DNA of 63,415 nt, filler included, from Saprolegnia diclina VS20 (taxonomy: Eukaryota), in the NCBI RefSeq assembly GCF_000281045.1. It is 31 parts of 31 records of this genome, joined end to end, with 100 filler letters (N's around TTAATTAATTAA, not from the genome) between each part and the next. Parts side by side here need not be neighbours in the genome. Positions count along the whole stretch, not along the records: positions 33,009 to 34,965 come from NW_008246395.1; positions 35,066 to 37,013 come from NW_008246396.1; positions 37,114 to 39,044 come from NW_008246397.1; positions 39,145 to 41,069 come from NW_008246398.1; positions 41,170 to 43,033 come from NW_008246399.1; positions 43,134 to 44,966 come from NW_008246400.1; positions 45,067 to 46,798 come from NW_008246401.1; 24 more parts are not named here. The stretch is one strand, 5' to 3'. The notes under the pieces were generated by a model. That model ran no database searches and was not told where the DNA came from. It was given only the letters and a program-made list of their open reading frames with translations. Numbering within the stretch: position 1 is the first letter of the stretch; each line of letters begins with the position of its first letter. Positions 34,709 through 46,898 of this stretch are shown here, piece after piece. A program made the translations under genes and the position numbers.

Positions 34709-34965
34709 ATGAAGACCTTTGTTCCCGCCGCTCTCTGTGCCCTCGTCGCAGTCCAGTGCATCGACTCGGCCTCGGCCGCCACCACGACCCAAAACCTCCG
34801 CGCCACGGGCTGGGGTAACGGTGGCTCTGGCGGCAGCGTCCTCGGTATCAACCTTGGTGGTGCCATCAGTAGCCTCGTCCAGAACTGCCTCAACGGCTAC
34901 GGCCTCTTTGATGGCGGCAACGGCGGTGCCAATGCCAACATCAATGTGAACCCGAACGTCAACCC
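34709..34965 (+). CDS. Secreted Gly/Asn-rich protein, N-terminal fragment (right copy)
   Basis: Same protein sequence as 33009-33265. Confidence 0.75.
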
Positions 34966-35065
34966 NNNNNNNNNNNNNNNNNNNNNNNNNNNNNNNNNNN
35001 NNNNNNNNNTTAATTAATTAANNNNNNNNNNNNNNNNNNNNNNNNNNNNNNNNNNNNNNNNNNNN

Positions 35066-37013
35066 AACGCCGAGCGCTCGATCACCACCGGGAGCAGCTC
35101 GATCGTGTTCATGCTCGGTTGCCACGTCACGACCACCGTGTCGACGGCTTCGGCGACCACGGTCTGCACGTTGCTGTCTTGAAGGGACGGTCGCGACCAC
35201 ACCGAGACCACTTGGTACGTGCTCGCGCCGGCAAACCCCGTAATGGCTTGCACCTCAATCTCGACCGGTGGACTCTGCAATAGCGCCGTCTCCGGCCCAG
35301 ACACCGACAGATCCCACACAATGTAGTACGTCAGATCGTACGCACACCCAAAGCTCGTCGATTTCGGTATGGCCACGACACCGTTGGCTCGGACCGCTTG
35401 CACACCGTCGCACGCGTCGGTCGGCATGCGCAGCAGCAGCTTGAAGTCGTCGTCGTCTCGGTCAAACCAATACGACACTTGCGCCGACACGTGGAGATGC
35501 GCACGGTCGCCGGCAACAATGGACGAGTTGGCCGTAACGAGGAGGGGCAACTCGGCCGTCGGCCACACCTGCACCTCGTACTGTACGCCGTAGACGACCG
35601 GCGGTGCACCAAACTCGGGACTGCCATAGTACCCGCGCAAGACGAACGACAACAGGCCATGAAAGTGGGTCACCGGCACCACACCGGCGCGCACGTCATC
35701 AGCAAAGTCCGTAAACACGAACGACCCACGGCTCTCGTTGAGCGACAGCTCCGTGATGCCGTTACCACGGCTCACTGTGAACACGGACGCAGTAGCCCGC
35801 GCATCTGCCGCCAGAATCTCAAAGCCCAGGTTCACATAGTCGTCCATCGACGCGTTGACCTGCGACCGGATGTCGTCCAAGCTAACGTCCACGGCCACGC
35901 CGCCAAACACCTCCAGGTGTCGCGTCACCGCCGCCTCGTACATCACGGCCGGGTTGGGCAGCCACACAAACGACACGGGACTCGCAATCTCGGCTCGCGC
36001 TGCCCCGTCCGCACTTGTCGCCACGACGTCAAACCACGCCAGACCAAAGAACCCGACCGGCATCGCGATACTCGTCGCAACCACCACCGAGTTGCCAGTC
36101 ACATTGGCCATGTCACTGATGGCGTAGACGCAGTCGCCCGCCGAGGTCCACGTCAGAGGCACCGGCGCGCCGTTCGCCGTCACATTTGCGTTGCTGTCAC
36201 ACCCGTGCGGACGCAGTTCCATGCGCACTGCCTCGGACGCGTCGCGGCTCGACGCGCTGGCCCAGATCGACGCCGACTTGCCGTACTCGATCGTCGTGTT
36301 CATCGGTGCAAGCGACAGTTGCGGCACGGTGGCAACACCGATGATGTCGACCTGGTACGGTTGCCGGTACAGCATCGGTCGATGACCCAAGATCGGACTC
36401 TGCAACGACACATCCACGTAAAACTCGATCTCGCCGTTGTAATGCTGGGACGGTACGACGCCAATGACGCCCGACCAGCGCCCATCAAACTGCTTCGTGA
36501 AGGCTCCCATCACACTCGTGTTGTCACACGGACCACAGATGCCTTGGATCCACACGCCGTTGGTCACGACCTCGAGCAGCGTCAAAACGTAGTCGGACGG
36601 GAGCTGAATCGGACGCGTAATGGCGCTCGTTGCCAAGAACACCATTTCGTCCTCGAACGTCTCCAGGCGGACGGTCGGGAGCAAGATCTGCATCGGCGCC
36701 GTGTTCGGAAGCCACTGCAGCGCCGTCATCGTCACCGTTGCCGACGATGCACCGTGGGTCGTCGACGTTGCCGTCATTTCTACGGACGTCCACCCGAAGA
36801 AAGCGTCCACGACCGTCACGCTCACTTGCATCGAGCCCGACATCACGCCGCTGGGTCCCGACCAAAGCTCGTACACGCATACGTCCGTCATTGTATCGGT
36901 GTCGGCGTTGATCATGACCGGTTGCTTGCCACCACCGGTCGCGACGACGACCGAGGCAACGCCCGAGCAGTTCCATACGCGCATACGCACAGCCAGCGAT
37001 TCCGACGCGCTGA
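35066..37013 (-). CDS. Internal fragment of a large beta-rich protein with cadherin/Ig-like repeats
   Basis: Frame is open across the whole contig. Motifs recur about every 110-130 aa: PSQHYNGEIEFYV, PVGFFGLAWFDV, PVTHFHGLLSFV, ITGFAGASTYQV. Confidence 0.65.
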
Positions 37014-37113
37014 NNNNNNNNNNNNNNNNNNNNNNNNNNNNNNNNNNNNNNNNNNNNTTAATTAATTAANNNNNNNNNNNNNNNNNNNNNNNNNNNNNNN
37101 NNNNNNNNNNNNN

Positions 37114-37560
37114 GTCGACACGACGCACGTCCAGGACGGGTCGATCACGGTCGCCAAGCTCGCGCGGGACTTCCGCATCGCCAAGTTCAGCGAGCTCACA
37201 GGCTTCTCGGTCAACTTGTCCAAGAAATCGTTTTTGGCTGCCGCCGATGCCTTGGACGCGTATGCCAAATCGGCCGACGGCTGGATCAAGCACTACAACT
37301 TGTACGAGAAGCCGTTTTGGGTCATCTTCCGCGACGTCATGAAGCACCTCGTCGACGGTGACGGTCGCTGCTCCAAGCTTGAAGACGGCGAGATCGACGA
37401 GTGCCAGAACCTTGAGTGGCTCGCCACGCAGCCGCGGGTCGTTCAGGTCACGTGCGAGTGCCAGCGCAGCAACTTTTCCGTCTTCAACTGCCCGGCCATG
37501 ACGGCGTACATGCAAATGGAACAGGGAGCGATCGAGTCGACGACGCTTGACGCCAATTAA
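37114..37560 (+). CDS. Hypothetical protein, C-terminal fragment (copy of 32413-32859)
   Basis: Reverse-complement copy with two visible SNPs. Confidence 0.55.
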   Translation, partial: VDTTHVQDGSITVAKLARDFRIAKFSELTGFSVNLSKKSFLAAADALDAYAKSADGWIKHYNLYEKPFWVIFRDVMKHLVDGDGRCSKLEDGEIDECQNLEWLATQPRVVQVTCECQRSNFSVFNCPAMTAYMQMEQGAIESTTLDAN

Positions 37561-38088
37561 TGCGTGAACAATACTCCAAGTCTGGATACTTGACACTCTG
37601 TGTTGATACCAAGAGCTCAAACCTATTCAGTCACAGACAGCACACGGTCTTGATACCCGCGCAATCTGGGTAAAGGTGCCACCCACTTGGCGGTCCAAGC
37701 CCCCAGTGACAGCATTTTCAGCGCCATCGCGCTACCACGATCGATTTCGCGCTCCCAAGCCAAAGAACTCGATACGCTCAGCAAAGCCGAACAGGAAAGT
37801 CGAGCCAACGTACAACTAAAGTGCGACCTTGTCCAGCCTCAGCGCGACGAACGACCTCCGTTTCGTTATCAAGCCAAAACGTAGGGTAACTTAGATACTG
37901 CACCCCTGACAAGGTACCTACTCACTGGGCAATCTACCCGACGGATATATCATTTCACGTGGTGGCCAGCACGTCCCGAGCCTTTTTCGAAATTGACGGT
38001 AACCCGCATTCCTCGGATAGATTTAAACTCACGCCAGGATTCGCAACCGACAATTTTGTGTCAGTTGTGGATTCTCGATTGACTGAGC

Positions 38089-39044
38089 ATGCGACCCCGC
38101 GCGGTTGTGCTCACGCTTTGCGCCGCGCGCGCGACCGGGTTCGTCACGTGCACGCGGTCGACGTCGCTCACCGATATCTTTACCAACTGGTGCATTTGCC
38201 AGCCGTGCAACCTCTGCAGCTACAAGCTCTTTCAAGGCTGCGACGTGCTTCTGACCAACGCGATCTCGCAATCTGACGGCTCGGACATTCCGACGCGCCA
38301 GCCGCTCTTGGCTTCGAGCGACTGGTTCCTTTCAACCGACGAGATTACGAACGCGCGTGGTGGCATACCGCGCACGTTGCTCGCCACGAGCTCGTCGGGC
38401 AACTTTGTGCACATCTTTGCCGACACGAGCAGCACGTTTGCCGCGATCCATGAAGATCTTTTGACTGCAAACGCTGCGTACTTTACGAGCTGGACGCTCG
38501 GCAACGTCCCGTATCTGCCGCAGGTAGATCCCTCCATCACGTTCAAGTCGACGTGGAGCACGGCGATCACGGCCAATGGCCTCAGCGCGCACGGGCTCGT
38601 GTGGTCCAATGTCCCCGAACTCGCCCGCGTCACCGACATGTATGCGTGGATGAATTCGTTGTCGCCGTCGAACGGTACGCGCGTCCAGCTCATGACGGAC
38701 GACCGTGTCACGTCGATCACGGGCTCGCTGCACCAAAAGAGCTTGGTGCTGACCCGCGGCAATCAGCTCTGGGCGTACGCCGGCGGGATGGACCAGACGT
38801 TTGATCGATGGGACACCAAGTACCATAACGAGTCGGCATTGCGCCAAGCCGCCCAGATCAGTACCAACAACAACGGCTGGATCGATACCCACACGCGCGT
38901 GCTCGGGCCGGCGGCGGTCGATATTTTACACAATTTTTTGGACCGGTGGAACGACCCTAAACCGCCTGGTCCAGCGCTCGGGCCACCGTTCGTGACGCCG
39001 CCAACGCCGCTGCAAGCTTCGTGGAACGTGCCGCAAACGTTCTT
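38089..39044 (+). CDS. Secreted phospholipase D-like protein, second allele or copy
   Basis: Identical translation to 30929-31884. Confidence 0.85.
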
Positions 39045-39144
39045 NNNNNNNNNNNNNNNNNNNNNNNNNNNNNNNNNNNNNNNNNNNNTTAATTAATTAA
39101 NNNNNNNNNNNNNNNNNNNNNNNNNNNNNNNNNNNNNNNNNNNN

Positions 39145-39246
39145 AAGCTGAACGACGGGCTCGGTCCGATCCCGGTGCCGCTTACGCTCAAGGACTTTGT
39201 GGCGCCCAAGACGTGGGACCTGCCGCAGAACTGCGACCGCAGCTAA
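39145..39246 (+). CDS. Endonuclease C-terminal fragment (copy of the 22470-22625 fragment)
   Basis: Contig 39145-41069 duplicates the contig ending at 24448. Confidence 0.5.
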   Translation, partial: KLNDGLGPIPVPLTLKDFVAPKTWDLPQNCDRS

Positions 39247-40917
39247 ACACTGTGCGATCATAAGATTGCAATAGACGCTGTGTTTTGTTTGATCTCGTGA
39301 GGAAGCAGAGAGAACCGACGATAGCACGTTGCACGAGGCACCGACGTAACGCGCGTTGGTTGGTGCTGCACTGCACGCGTCTTTCATCCCTGCGTACTTG
39401 TCGTGATCTTGGAGTACGTACCATTAAGGTCAAACTTCTTCCCGAGGTAATGGGTAGGTTGGTGGTCTTTGGGCTCATTGCCAATGTTCTTGACTACTGG
39501 TATGTTGTACATACATGGAGTACTAGCTCTTGTATCGGGCAAGAGCGTGGTCCTTGGGTTGTCCCGCGGTGGCTGTACCGGTGCTGCAAGTAGCGCTCCT
39601 CTTTGGCGGTTGACGAGCGTCAATAGCGGTACATGTACTAATACATGTACTGTACTACGCCGTCAAGCACTTTTCCGGGTCAAGGTAACATGATCATTTT
39701 CATCAATCAAACTGCCACTACGGTGATAGTTTTATCCAATTCCATGCAGGATCTATCAACATACAAACTCTAAATGAAGAATTTGCTCGCCAAGTACTCG
39801 TACTACCAGGCTTGTCGTCCCGAACCATTGCCGAGCTGGGAGATGGACGCAGTGTAAGTACCCGAAAAGCATAACAATTTGAATAACCGCGAAGAACCCG
39901 TCCAACTCACAACATGGAGAAGAGATCATTGCATTGGTGTAGCCAAGCTCTAACCCAATGCGCGCAAGACATCTCGCAAATTGCTCATTAGGTCGGCAGA
40001 AACGTTACCTGTCGAGGCGACGGCGTACACTATTATACTAATATACGCCTTTGTCTCCATAACGAGCGAATGTACCAACACGCTCGAGAGTTCGCACCTT
40101 CAACGCTTCAACACTTGTCGCCACGCGTCTTCTTGGCGACACCAGTCTCCAGGACGACAGGTGAGAACCTCTATAAGACACAGAGCGGAGGAGAGCGAGA
40201 CTGTTGAATCAATACATTGTGATTGACCTTCCTCCAATGTGTAAACGGTGCCGGACTGCGTGATCACGGTGGCGCGCGGCCGCGCTATGTACGCGTCAAC
40301 TTCAAGCGGCTGGTGTGGCATCGCATGCTTTGCAGGTGACGAATACGTGGTCGCGCTTCCTCCCGCGAATCTGTTTGCGAATCTTTGGCGCCAAAACGAT
40401 GCGCGGCGCGACCTTTGTCCGGTAATCGCCCGAGCTTGACCAATAAGACAGTTCTAAGTTCTGAGATGGTGCAGCATACATGATCGTGTGGCCACAGTTA
40501 TCAGACGACTGTCCCACTCTTACTCGAATTGAGCTCTTGACCTGATCGCGCTCTCGACCACACACAAGCCATGCACGCACCAAAGCGTACCACGACACGT
40601 GTATCATTTACACAGCTAGCTCGGTGCCCGCGGCGATTTGTTCAAACGTCCCTTGGCTCACGCCGAGTGCAGCAGGTTCAAAGTGTACAAGTACAACACC
40701 CCCCCGCGGTAGTGACAAGGTGCGCATCTCGCCGAAATACCCAAACCACCGACACGGCTGTTTTCGTACAAGTTGAGGTGGTTGAAGTGCGACGACTCCC
40801 ACCTGAGTTGGGTCCCTCGCGTACGTTGACTAGCCCAGAATCTTCCTGCATCTTTGCGCGACCCAGATTCTACAAGGCGCTTCGACCCCACCACTTCATT
40901 TTACCTTTCGCTTCATC

Positions 40918-41069
40918 ATGCGCACTGCCCTCGCTTGCCTCGCCCTCGCCACCGCGGCTGCTGCCACCGCCAACGACAAGACGCTCAGCTACACGGGCTA
41001 CCAGCTCTCGTACGACTGCACCTCAGGTGCCGCCGACCGCTGGACGTACACGCTCGACGTTGACAACGG
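40918..41069 (+). CDS. Secreted probable endonuclease, N-terminal fragment (copy of 24297-24448)
   Basis: Identical sequence. Confidence 0.6.
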
Positions 41070-43452
41070 NNNNNNNNNNNNNNNNNNNNNNNNNNNNNNN
41101 NNNNNNNNNNNNNTTAATTAATTAANNNNNNNNNNNNNNNNNNNNNNNNNNNNNNNNNNNNNNNNNNNNCTTTGGCGCAATTTCGTGTCAGCGCCACCAC
41201 ATCACAGGGTTTCAAAGGTGGTTCAGAACTGTATCTTGGGTGCGAAAGACAGCTTCAAGCAATCCTCCGTGGCGGAAGGGTGCCCAACGGGATTGACGAC
41301 GGCCGTTGGTTTGAACCCATGGACGACGACGCTCGGCTACTTTGGTGTACCGGTATGCGAGGCGGCGATAGTCAAATCAACTCAGACAAGTGTACGTTGT
41401 CGAGTCGACAGCGCCAAACTTTGTGGGTGCACTTGTGTAACCGCTCAATGTTGGCCTCGCCACCGTGAACCCACTTGCTTGCATTAGATTGGCTGCAGCA
41501 TTTGTACCGGTAACGCAAATTGGTCTTGTTTGATGGGCCGGAAAATGTCCACATGAGCAGTTTGCAGCCTTTTCGTGAGCTTCTCTTCCCGTTGTGCACT
41601 TCAGGTTGCAGAGGCGACCTCCAGCACTGTTATAGCAAGGGTTTATTGACCCTTGCTTATCTTTCCGGTAGGGTGAGAAGCACTGACGCCCGCTAGTATC
41701 CTTTCATGGTTTGCAAGGGTCGTCGTCACTCAAAATCTGAGATGCGTCTGTCTTTGTTATATCAACAACCACCGTCAGATCGCTTGTGCGCGTATCGATA
41801 AGGTGAGCAGAACGAACGTCCCTTCCAGGCGTGCACATATAGCACTCGATACACTTGCTAATGAAACGATGGAATGCGTTAGAGAGACTGCGAGGCGAAG
41901 AAAACTGCCACAGTAAACTAGACACATGGATACTTAGCGCAAGGGTCATTATAAGGTTATTGACCCCCGACCAGAGTGTAGTGGGTGTTGTTGTCGTGTG
42001 TACCTGATTCGACGTATACGTGTCCTGGCAGCGGCTGGTCCACGGTTCTGCCTATGCCTCTTGAAACAGTGCCGCATTCTTATACGGGCGCTGAGCAATC
42101 TGAGCGCAATCCTGCGTCAAGGGTCCGTCGCGTCCCACCACGACCCTCGAACTCAGATCGACCATCTGGTCGTGGAACGTGCGGCCAGGACAACGAGACC
42201 ACGACCACGCCCAACTCAGATACCGTGTTATCGGAATCAGTCCTGATTTATGTTGCGTCAACAGCGCCTTCGCCACGGTATGCGAGTTTCTTGTTTCTTC
42301 TCTATCTTTTCTGTTGATCAGTGCATTGATAAAGCAAAGACATGTCAAAGGCGACCAGAACCAAGGAGCTAATCGTGGGATACCAGGGGTGGGATATGCC
42401 ACGCGCGAAGCAGAAGCTACTTGACGACCAACGCTCCTTGCATCCGTGGGTGTCCCCGCGTACTTTTGTTGCACGAACAATGTTGCGTCAACCTCAACAC
42501 TTTGGGTCGCGACCACTTCAACGACGCTCAACTCGACCGATGATGCAGCGTCGTCTGCTTTTGGTTTCGGTGACAGCATACGACCGGATACGCTGCTAGC
42601 AGGACGTGGCCATGATGTGTCGAGAGAGCATGTCCGAGCCTACTCGAGCACAATTGCACAATTGTGGGTCCGGCAGTGTTGATTCATGCAGCATGTGGTG
42701 CAGGGTTTCAGAGACTGCGCAAATATGTAGTGGGTGAAACACATAAACACTTAGTTGGCTCTGAAAGAAGCGCGGTTTAAACCTACTTGCACGTCTGGCT
42801 TTATGACGAATGTAAAGCCTTGGTATATATGCCCTATGGCGGCGCGCAAAAATCGCTTGCGTTGGTCAACGGACAAATGTACCGGTAATACAATCAAAAA
42901 TCAAACGTCAACGAATTGCATCGCAGGCAAAAGCGTGTGCTGCGATTTACAAGGCGCACTCGAGCCACTTGACGGGCTTGCGGTCGCTGCCCCACCATCC
43001 GTCGCCGTTGCGGAAGGTCGCGTCGGCATGGTTNNNNNNNNNNNNNNNNNNNNNNNNNNNNNNNNNNNNNNNNNNNNTTAATTAATTAANNNNNNNNNNN
43101 NNNNNNNNNNNNNNNNNNNNNNNNNNNNNNNNNCTGCACGCAAATAGTGTGTGAACCCGTTTATCGCTTTCGAGCTTCGGCTCGCACAAATCGATTGTTA
43201 TTAGTGCCTTCTTTAGTGCAAGATGCGGCAAGAACGTCGTACGAAGCTTAGCGTCATGAATATGGCGCCTCTTTTGATAATTCCTTCGATTTACGCTATT
43301 TAGGAGTTCGTATTTCGAGTGAGCGACGCCACCGGGTTGAGCAGTGGGTTTCATACAGTCTTGTCAGCTCACATCGTTGTGCGATATGATATTGCTCTAT
43401 TGGTGCAATCTAGTGCATACTTCCAATATATGCGGCTTTTCGCTGCTTCTTG

Positions 43453-44292
43453 CTATTGGATGGAGAGCGCCCGTAGCCGGCGTGGCCACGACAGGCCAAC
43501 GTGCGTCTCGTAAAGACAGTGCTGGAAAAAGCCAACGCGCGTAAGCGACACCTCGGCGAGCGACGGGCTTTGTCGAAACGCAAGCGCAAGCGCGGGACCG
43601 AGTGTCGGATCGACGCTCAAATCGAGGTCGATGTCGTTTAGGTGCAGGCTCGTGGCACGCCCGAAGCGCAGCCACTCCGCCAAGTAGCGGGCAAAGGTTG
43701 CATGCAAGCGGTGCGGGCCGCGCGCACTGCAAAGTCGAAGCTCAAACACCGCCAGGTGAGGATGACAAATGGCAGTCAAAAGCGCGTCGAGTGCAGGGCG
43801 GTGTCGGGACACGTCGGTCGCAATCTCAATCTCCAGAGCCTTCACCGCCGTGCAACCGAGGAGTGCATCGCGCAGCGCCTCGCACTCGGGCATTGCCAGC
43901 TTCGTCAGACGGAGTTGAACGCGCGAAATACTTTGTTTGCCGAGCCGGTTGGTTGCGGTAAGTAAATCGGCACTGCACGCGATGCCTTCCAGTGCAATTT
44001 CTACGCGAAGCGACAAAGCGCTTTGTAGCATGCGCCACGTTGCTTCTGGGAGTGCCACGTCATCCAGATAAATCGTCGGCCAGCGCACGCGAACGCCGGC
44101 GACAGTCGTCAACGTGTATAAACATTGCAGTCGTGGTGTCCACGCGGCGCGCGGGATGCTGGCGAGCAGCGCCATGAACGCTGTCGGGCACGAGATGTAG
44201 CCCGCGATGGTCTCCAACACCTCGGGGGGCAAGACACTTGGTGCTACGGTGCATGGCCGCTTGACGCCGTCTTGAAGCTCTGGCGACTGCAT
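43453..44292 (-). CDS. F-box-like/RNI-type leucine-rich protein (copy of 25070-25909)
   Basis: Identical translation. Contig 43134-44966 duplicates about 24752-26583 with a few non-coding differences. Confidence 0.6.
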   Translation of the reverse strand: MQSPELQDGVKRPCTVAPSVLPPEVLETIAGYISCPTAFMALLASIPRAAWTPRLQCLYTLTTVAGVRVRWPTIYLDDVALPEATWRMLQSALSLRVEIALEGIACSADLLTATNRLGKQSISRVQLRLTKLAMPECEALRDALLGCTAVKALEIEIATDVSRHRPALDALLTAICHPHLAVFELRLCSARGPHRLHATFARYLAEWLRFGRATSLHLNDIDLDLSVDPTLGPALALAFRQSPSLAEVSLTRVGFFQHCLYETHVGLSWPRRLRALSIQ

Positions 44293-44808
44293 CTGGCTTT
44301 GAAACGTCTGTGAACAGACAGCCGAATGCACGAAACAGAATCTGAATGCACCAGACGACACCATGTGGACACAACACAAACCTAAAAGCTTTTGGAGTGT
44401 CTTTGGCTACTGGAAAATCGTCGGATGCTCAAAGTGGATACTTGGTACTACCGGTAGAAGCAAGCAATGAAAAGGCTAAGCCACCGTGCGACCATCGTCG
44501 AATACTGGCAAAGCAGACTGCATCCATTGGCTTCCTATACGGTGCGAGATTTTTGCTCCGGCTGCGAGCGATCCAGATCACTGTGTCGATGCAGATGGTT
44601 CTGATTCGCGTCCGAGGCCGCCAATCGACGTCCCCAGAATTAGATGCGAGGACGGGCAAATCTGCAATTGAAGAACATCCTCAGAAATCGAAGAAGTTGC
44701 AAGGTTCCCACGTGTTATTGAAGATAGTACCTTCACAAACGCTTTGACAAATTCCTTTTGCACTTCAACTTTTGCACCGCACCGACTTCGTCGTCGACCG
44801 TCGCTGTC

Positions 44809-44966
44809 ATGGTTGCCCTTCTGGCTATTGTATCGCTTCTACTGGCCTCGGACACTGCGGTGGCTGGCAACAACAAGACGCTCAGCTACACGGGCTACCA
44901 GCTCTCGTACGACTGCACCTCAGGTGCCGCCGACCGCTGGACGTACACGCTCGACGTTGACAACGG
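44809..44966 (+). CDS. Secreted probable endonuclease, N-terminal fragment (copy of 26426-26583)
   Basis: Identical sequence. Confidence 0.6.
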
Positions 44967-46634
44967 NNNNNNNNNNNNNNNNNNNNNNNNNNNNNNNNNN
45001 NNNNNNNNNNTTAATTAATTAANNNNNNNNNNNNNNNNNNNNNNNNNNNNNNNNNNNNNNNNNNNNCGTCGCCCCGTGATGCGAGGCAAGTTAGGTCGAC
45101 AGCCCAACCAGAGACTGTGGTGCCGGCTGTGTACGGCGCAGCGAGCTGCTATCGATGCGCCACGTGCCACTAGGACGCTAAATCCCTGGCACTAGCTACC
45201 TATGTACGCTCGATTGGGATGCGCTGATGCTGCGCTCTAGGCGGTTTTGCCGGATCAAATCAGCTTCAAAGGGGCCAACTCGATGCGCTCGCCCAAAGGC
45301 AGTGCGCACTAGAAACCTGCGCGGGTGCGAGCACACTGCTCTTGTGTACAAGCAAAGTGAGCTACAAGTCACCTACGTACGCAGGATCGAGGCCACGCCT
45401 CTAAAAAATGCTCTGGTATCATTTCTGAGAGGTTCTTGCCAAATTTGACCAGATTACGATTTGGTCACAACTCAATGAACGGACTCCAAGTTGACGTGAG
45501 CCCGTGATTACGTGTGCTTGCGCCAGCAGCGTCAGCCGATCTCAGCCGATCGTGCTTCTTGCAGAAGCCATTTCGGGGATTGGCTGATACTCTCTGGCTG
45601 CGAGCGTGTCCTGCACACTATGAAGGAATTCCCTTTGCCAGGCGGGCCCTGGAGTACCTGGCGCTGGTCTCGGCTGATTTCGTTGTCCGTGAGCGGCTCC
45701 ACGTCTTGAGCAAATGTTGCGGTCTCGTTGGCTCCACCAGTCACGTAGGACGTACTCGTATCGTCTCGATCTCGCTTAGGATAGGGGCTGGGTCAGTCTT
45801 GATGCGGATGGACACATGTCGAGCATAATTTGTCGTCCGTGCTGGGTGCGGTCTGCCGCGATACCCGGTAGCCTCATATATCGTCGCCTTGCCCTGATAG
45901 CCACAAGTTTCCATTTTGGAAAACACATTTGAGCTTACATTCAGAATACTGCACCCAAGGTATATAAAAGATCGCTTACACTGTATATACCCTTGACTGT
46001 ACTGATTGGCGCAAACCAACGTCATAGGGGCTGCAGGTACCTCGGCTTCCTTTTAGAGTATCTCCTCCAAAGATGACAGCTTTGCGCGTAAGAGGTCGCA
46101 CTGTGAGAAAGAGACTCATGTGTCTTGCCGTTGCTAAAGCTGGCGTGAGTGGCTTTGTCCCGATTCCCCCATGCACTATGGGTCCGACAGTCACGCCAGG
46201 AGCCCCATCGTCGGCTTTGTCGTCGTCACTCGGCTTGTGGCGCACGCTGCGAACGGTCATGAATGGCTCCATCTATGGTTCTCCGAGCAGCACAACGCTT
46301 GTGGGCAGTTTGTCCTTGGGTGTTAAAGAGTAGCCGACGAGAAAAAGCGTCGCCGGTTGTTCAAGGCATTAGGCGCAGTAGAGTGCCTTGGTGCGACTCC
46401 GGTACACGCCATAGCGAGTTCAGGTCGAGAGAAGATCCGCCAGCACACCGCACTGCAACGGGACTCTCAAGTTGGTTCCCCGACAAAGCTGAGATCGAGC
46501 CCCGCCGGCGTCTCTCGATCCACTTGTCCATCTGGTGCACTGAGGTAGCTGATGACTATTGTAGTCATCCACATACTTTACAACCCTATTCTTGTTGGTC
46601 AGAAAGTGCTGCCACTTTGGCATTCGTCGGCAAC

Positions 46635-46798
46635 ATGGTGCACGCCATCCCCGACGACGACGAGAAGCGCAACGTGCACGTCATTGTCTGCGGCTGGATG
46701 AACGGCACGGCGCGTCACGTTGCCAAGTACGCGGCCCTCTACAACGACCTCGGCTTCTCGGCCAGTACGATCGTACTGAGTCGTGGCTTGGACTTTTT
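46635..46798 (+). CDS. TMEM53/DUF829 family protein, N-terminal fragment
   Basis: VIVCGWMNGTARHVAKYAALYNDLG matches the GW...(H/L).KY...Y...G signature. Confidence 0.7.
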
Positions 46799-46898
46799 NN
46801 NNNNNNNNNNNNNNNNNNNNNNNNNNNNNNNNNNNNNNNNNNTTAATTAATTAANNNNNNNNNNNNNNNNNNNNNNNNNNNNNNNNNNNNNNNNNNNN

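Larger units (their letters stand above)
33009..34965. repeat. Within-contig inverted duplication (arms about 33009-33565 and 34410-34965)
   Basis: The arms are reverse complements with a few differences in the non-coding parts. The unique spacer is about 0.85 kb and contains no N gap. Confidence 0.92.

Noticed and set aside
30929..39044. Inverted PLD copies flanking other genes as a composite transposon
   Set aside because: The copies are on separate contigs, and their order in the window reflects size sorting.
41170..43033. Short ORFs in this contig
   Set aside because: No codon bias or recognisable motifs, so treated as non-coding apart from the GGGTCAATAA-type motifs.
45067..46600. Possible transposon remnant
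   Set aside because: Only short ORFs with no identifiable domain or terminal repeats.
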